From contig NIVC01001306.1 of the NCBI GenBank assembly GCA_002269645.1, positions 1 through 64,000 on the forward strand: a stretch of 64,000 nucleotides of DNA. The letters are read 5' to 3'. A program made the translations under genes and the position numbers. A model generated the notes under the pieces. It made no database searches and had not been told where the DNA came from. It saw only the letters and a program-made list of their open reading frames with translations. Below, in pieces: positions 61,701 through 64,000 of the stretch (within the stretch, counting starts at the first letter, position 1; each line of letters opens with the position of its first letter). The stretch comes from Macrostomum lignano (lineage: Eukaryota).

Positions 61701-61866
61701 ACCTCAGATGGGAATTATTGGTCAAGTAGCAATACCATGGATCAGATGAAATAAGTCTCGAAAGCTTTATGGCAGGAGGCTAAGGGTGCTAGTGCTCATA
61801 ATCAACACACAAAAAATCTCGTAGGGTATCACAGAGAAACTGGACCACAACTGGCCCGAGACAAAC

Positions 61867-62037
61867 CTTGTATCTCTCGTATCGAGTAAAAATATAGACG
61901 TCCGCCAGAGCGGCCGCGGCGCTCAGAAGCAGGCTGGCAAAGTAGAACAGCACCGGGCCGGAGAAGCTGTGTAGCGTGAGCGGCAGACTGCTGCGAAACA
62001 TTCGCGCCATCTCCTCACCAGCCAGACTCATGGCCAC
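61867..62037 (-). CDS. iGluR-like receptor B exon (pre-M4 and M4)
   Basis: MARMFRSSLPLTLHSFSGPVLFYF parallels receptor A's LARMFRGSIPLTLKSFVGPIGFYF; CAG acceptor, GTTTGT donor. Confidence 0.85.
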
Positions 62038-62048
62038 CTGCGGTGCAG

Positions 62049-62474
<426 letters not shown>

Positions 62475-62491
62475 GGAGAACGAACTCTCAC

Positions 62492-63114
62492 CGTTTCAGC
62501 CGGCGGCACGCTCTGCCAGCAGGGCCCATGATCCATCAGGAAGTACTTCCTGTACATTTTGTTGATAAACCCGGACTCGCGCAGCGTCAGCAGGACTTTG
62601 TTGACGTCGCGGAGCTTCTTCGACCCGACTGGGAAGGCGAAGGCGTAGCTGTTGTCGCTGATCAGGGTGGCGGCGGCAATCACCTCGCAGCCGCTGTACC
62701 GCGAGTAGAAATCGGCCATAGTGGATTCCATCACTGCAAAGTAGCGATCGTCGGTTTTGACCAGCTCCAGCAGGGCCTCCACGGTGTTGACGTTGGCCAG
62801 CTTGGAGTTCTTGTTCAGGCCGGCCATGTACTGCCTGTAGAACATCTGCATCACCGGGTCCTGCGAATTCTTAAAGAATCTGTGCGTGTTGCTGTTGGGA
62901 AACCACACAGGTGTGGCGCCCTTGAACGCATCTGTGCCGACTGGGTTCAGCTCCGGAATGTCCTCGATCCCGAACTGGCGCTCCAGGCCGCCGCGGCTGG
63001 CCACCAAGGCGCAGAGGAAGGCGGCCGTGTAAGAGGCAGCGAATGCGCAGACGAACAACCACCAGAAGGCGCTGAGGCAGCGACCCACCAGGGATTTTGG
63101 TGAGCGGCGGTAGC
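62492..63114 (-). CDS. iGluR-like receptor B exon (M3, S2); upstream exons lie beyond the window
   Basis: PKSLVGRCLSAFWWLF, SYTAAFLCAL, VMESTMADF, SYAFAFP; phase-1 acceptor as in receptor A; GTGAGA donor. Confidence 0.9.
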
Positions 63115-63171
63115 CTGTTAGTGAGGGTAATTTTGTGGTACTAGTAACTCGGACTCGCCACTAGCGTTATC

Positions 63172-64000
63172 TCATACAGACAGGTACCAATGTCTCATAC
63201 AGACAGGTACAAGTGTCAGACAGACAGGTACCACTGTCTCATACAGACAGGTACCACTGTCTCATACAGACAGGTACCAATGTCTCATACAGACAGGTAC
63301 CACTGTCTCATACAGACAGGTACCACTGTCTCATACAGACAGGTACAAATGTCAGACAGACAGGTACCACTGTCTCATACAGACAGGTACAAATGTCAGA
63401 CAGACAGGTACCACTGTCTCATACAGACAGGTACAAGTGTCAGACAGACAGGTACCACTGTCTCATACAGACAGGTACAAGTGTCAGACAGACAGGTACC
63501 ACTGTCTCATACAGACAGGTACCACTGTCTCATACAGACAGGTACCACTGTCTCATACAGACAGGTACCAATGTCTTATAGACAGGTACCAATGTCTCAG
63601 ACACTCAGGTACCAATGTCTCATAGACAGGTACCAATGTCTCATACAGACAGGTACAAGTGTCTCATACAGACAGGTACAAGTGTCAGACAGACAGGTAC
63701 CACTGTCTCATACAGACAGGTACCACTGTCTCATACAGACAGGTACCAATGTCTCATACAGACAGGTACCACTGTCTCATACAGACAGGTACCACTGTCT
63801 CATACAGACAGGTACAAATGTCAGACAGACAGGTACCACTGTCTCATACAGACAGGTACAAATGTCAGACAGACAGGTACCACTGTCTCATACAGACAGG
63901 TACAAGTGTCAGACAGACAGGTACCACTGTCTCATACAGACAGGTACCAATGTCTCATACAGACAGGTACCACTGTCTCATACAGACAGGTACCACTGTC
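63172..64000. repeat. 23-bp minisatellite CCACTGTCTCATACAGACAGGTA (runs off the window)
   Basis: Tandem copies with variants. Confidence 0.95.

Overview
Eukaryotic (metazoan) genomic DNA with GT-AG introns. The repeat-laden, polyQ/polyA-rich style resembles a free-living flatworm such as Macrostomum, but that is inference and unverified. Six spliced genes could be assembled by hand with consistent intron phases: (1) the 5' part of a RILP-like (RH1 domain) gene (- strand, runs off the left edge); (2) a complete EB1/MAPRE gene (+); (3) a complete PKNOX/Prep TALE homeobox gene (-, 5 coding exons over ~24 kb, ~708 aa); (4) an unrecognised 3-exon gene (+, ~486 aa); (5) a complete ionotropic glutamate receptor-like gene lacking the amino-terminal domain (+, ~492 aa); (6) the 3' half of a convergent paralog (-). 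EB1 intron 2 holds an intact Ty3/gypsy gag-pol element. It has only ONE LTR yet is bounded by TG...CA and a 5-bp target duplication, the structure expected from integration of a 1-LTR circle. There are also two tRNA-derived SINE families (2 copies each), hAT-type MITEs with 8-bp TSDs and about 25 micro/minisatellite arrays, many next to splice sites. Top leads: the single-LTR retroelement, a cluster of PBX-PREP motifs inside prep itself, the ATD-less iGluR pair with rewritten gate motifs, and E2F-like motif arrays carried by a MITE. There is no CRISPR, rRNA or bona fide tRNA. Most ORFs in the supplied track are repeat or antisense artefacts. All coordinates were read by eye; repeat boundaries are approximate.
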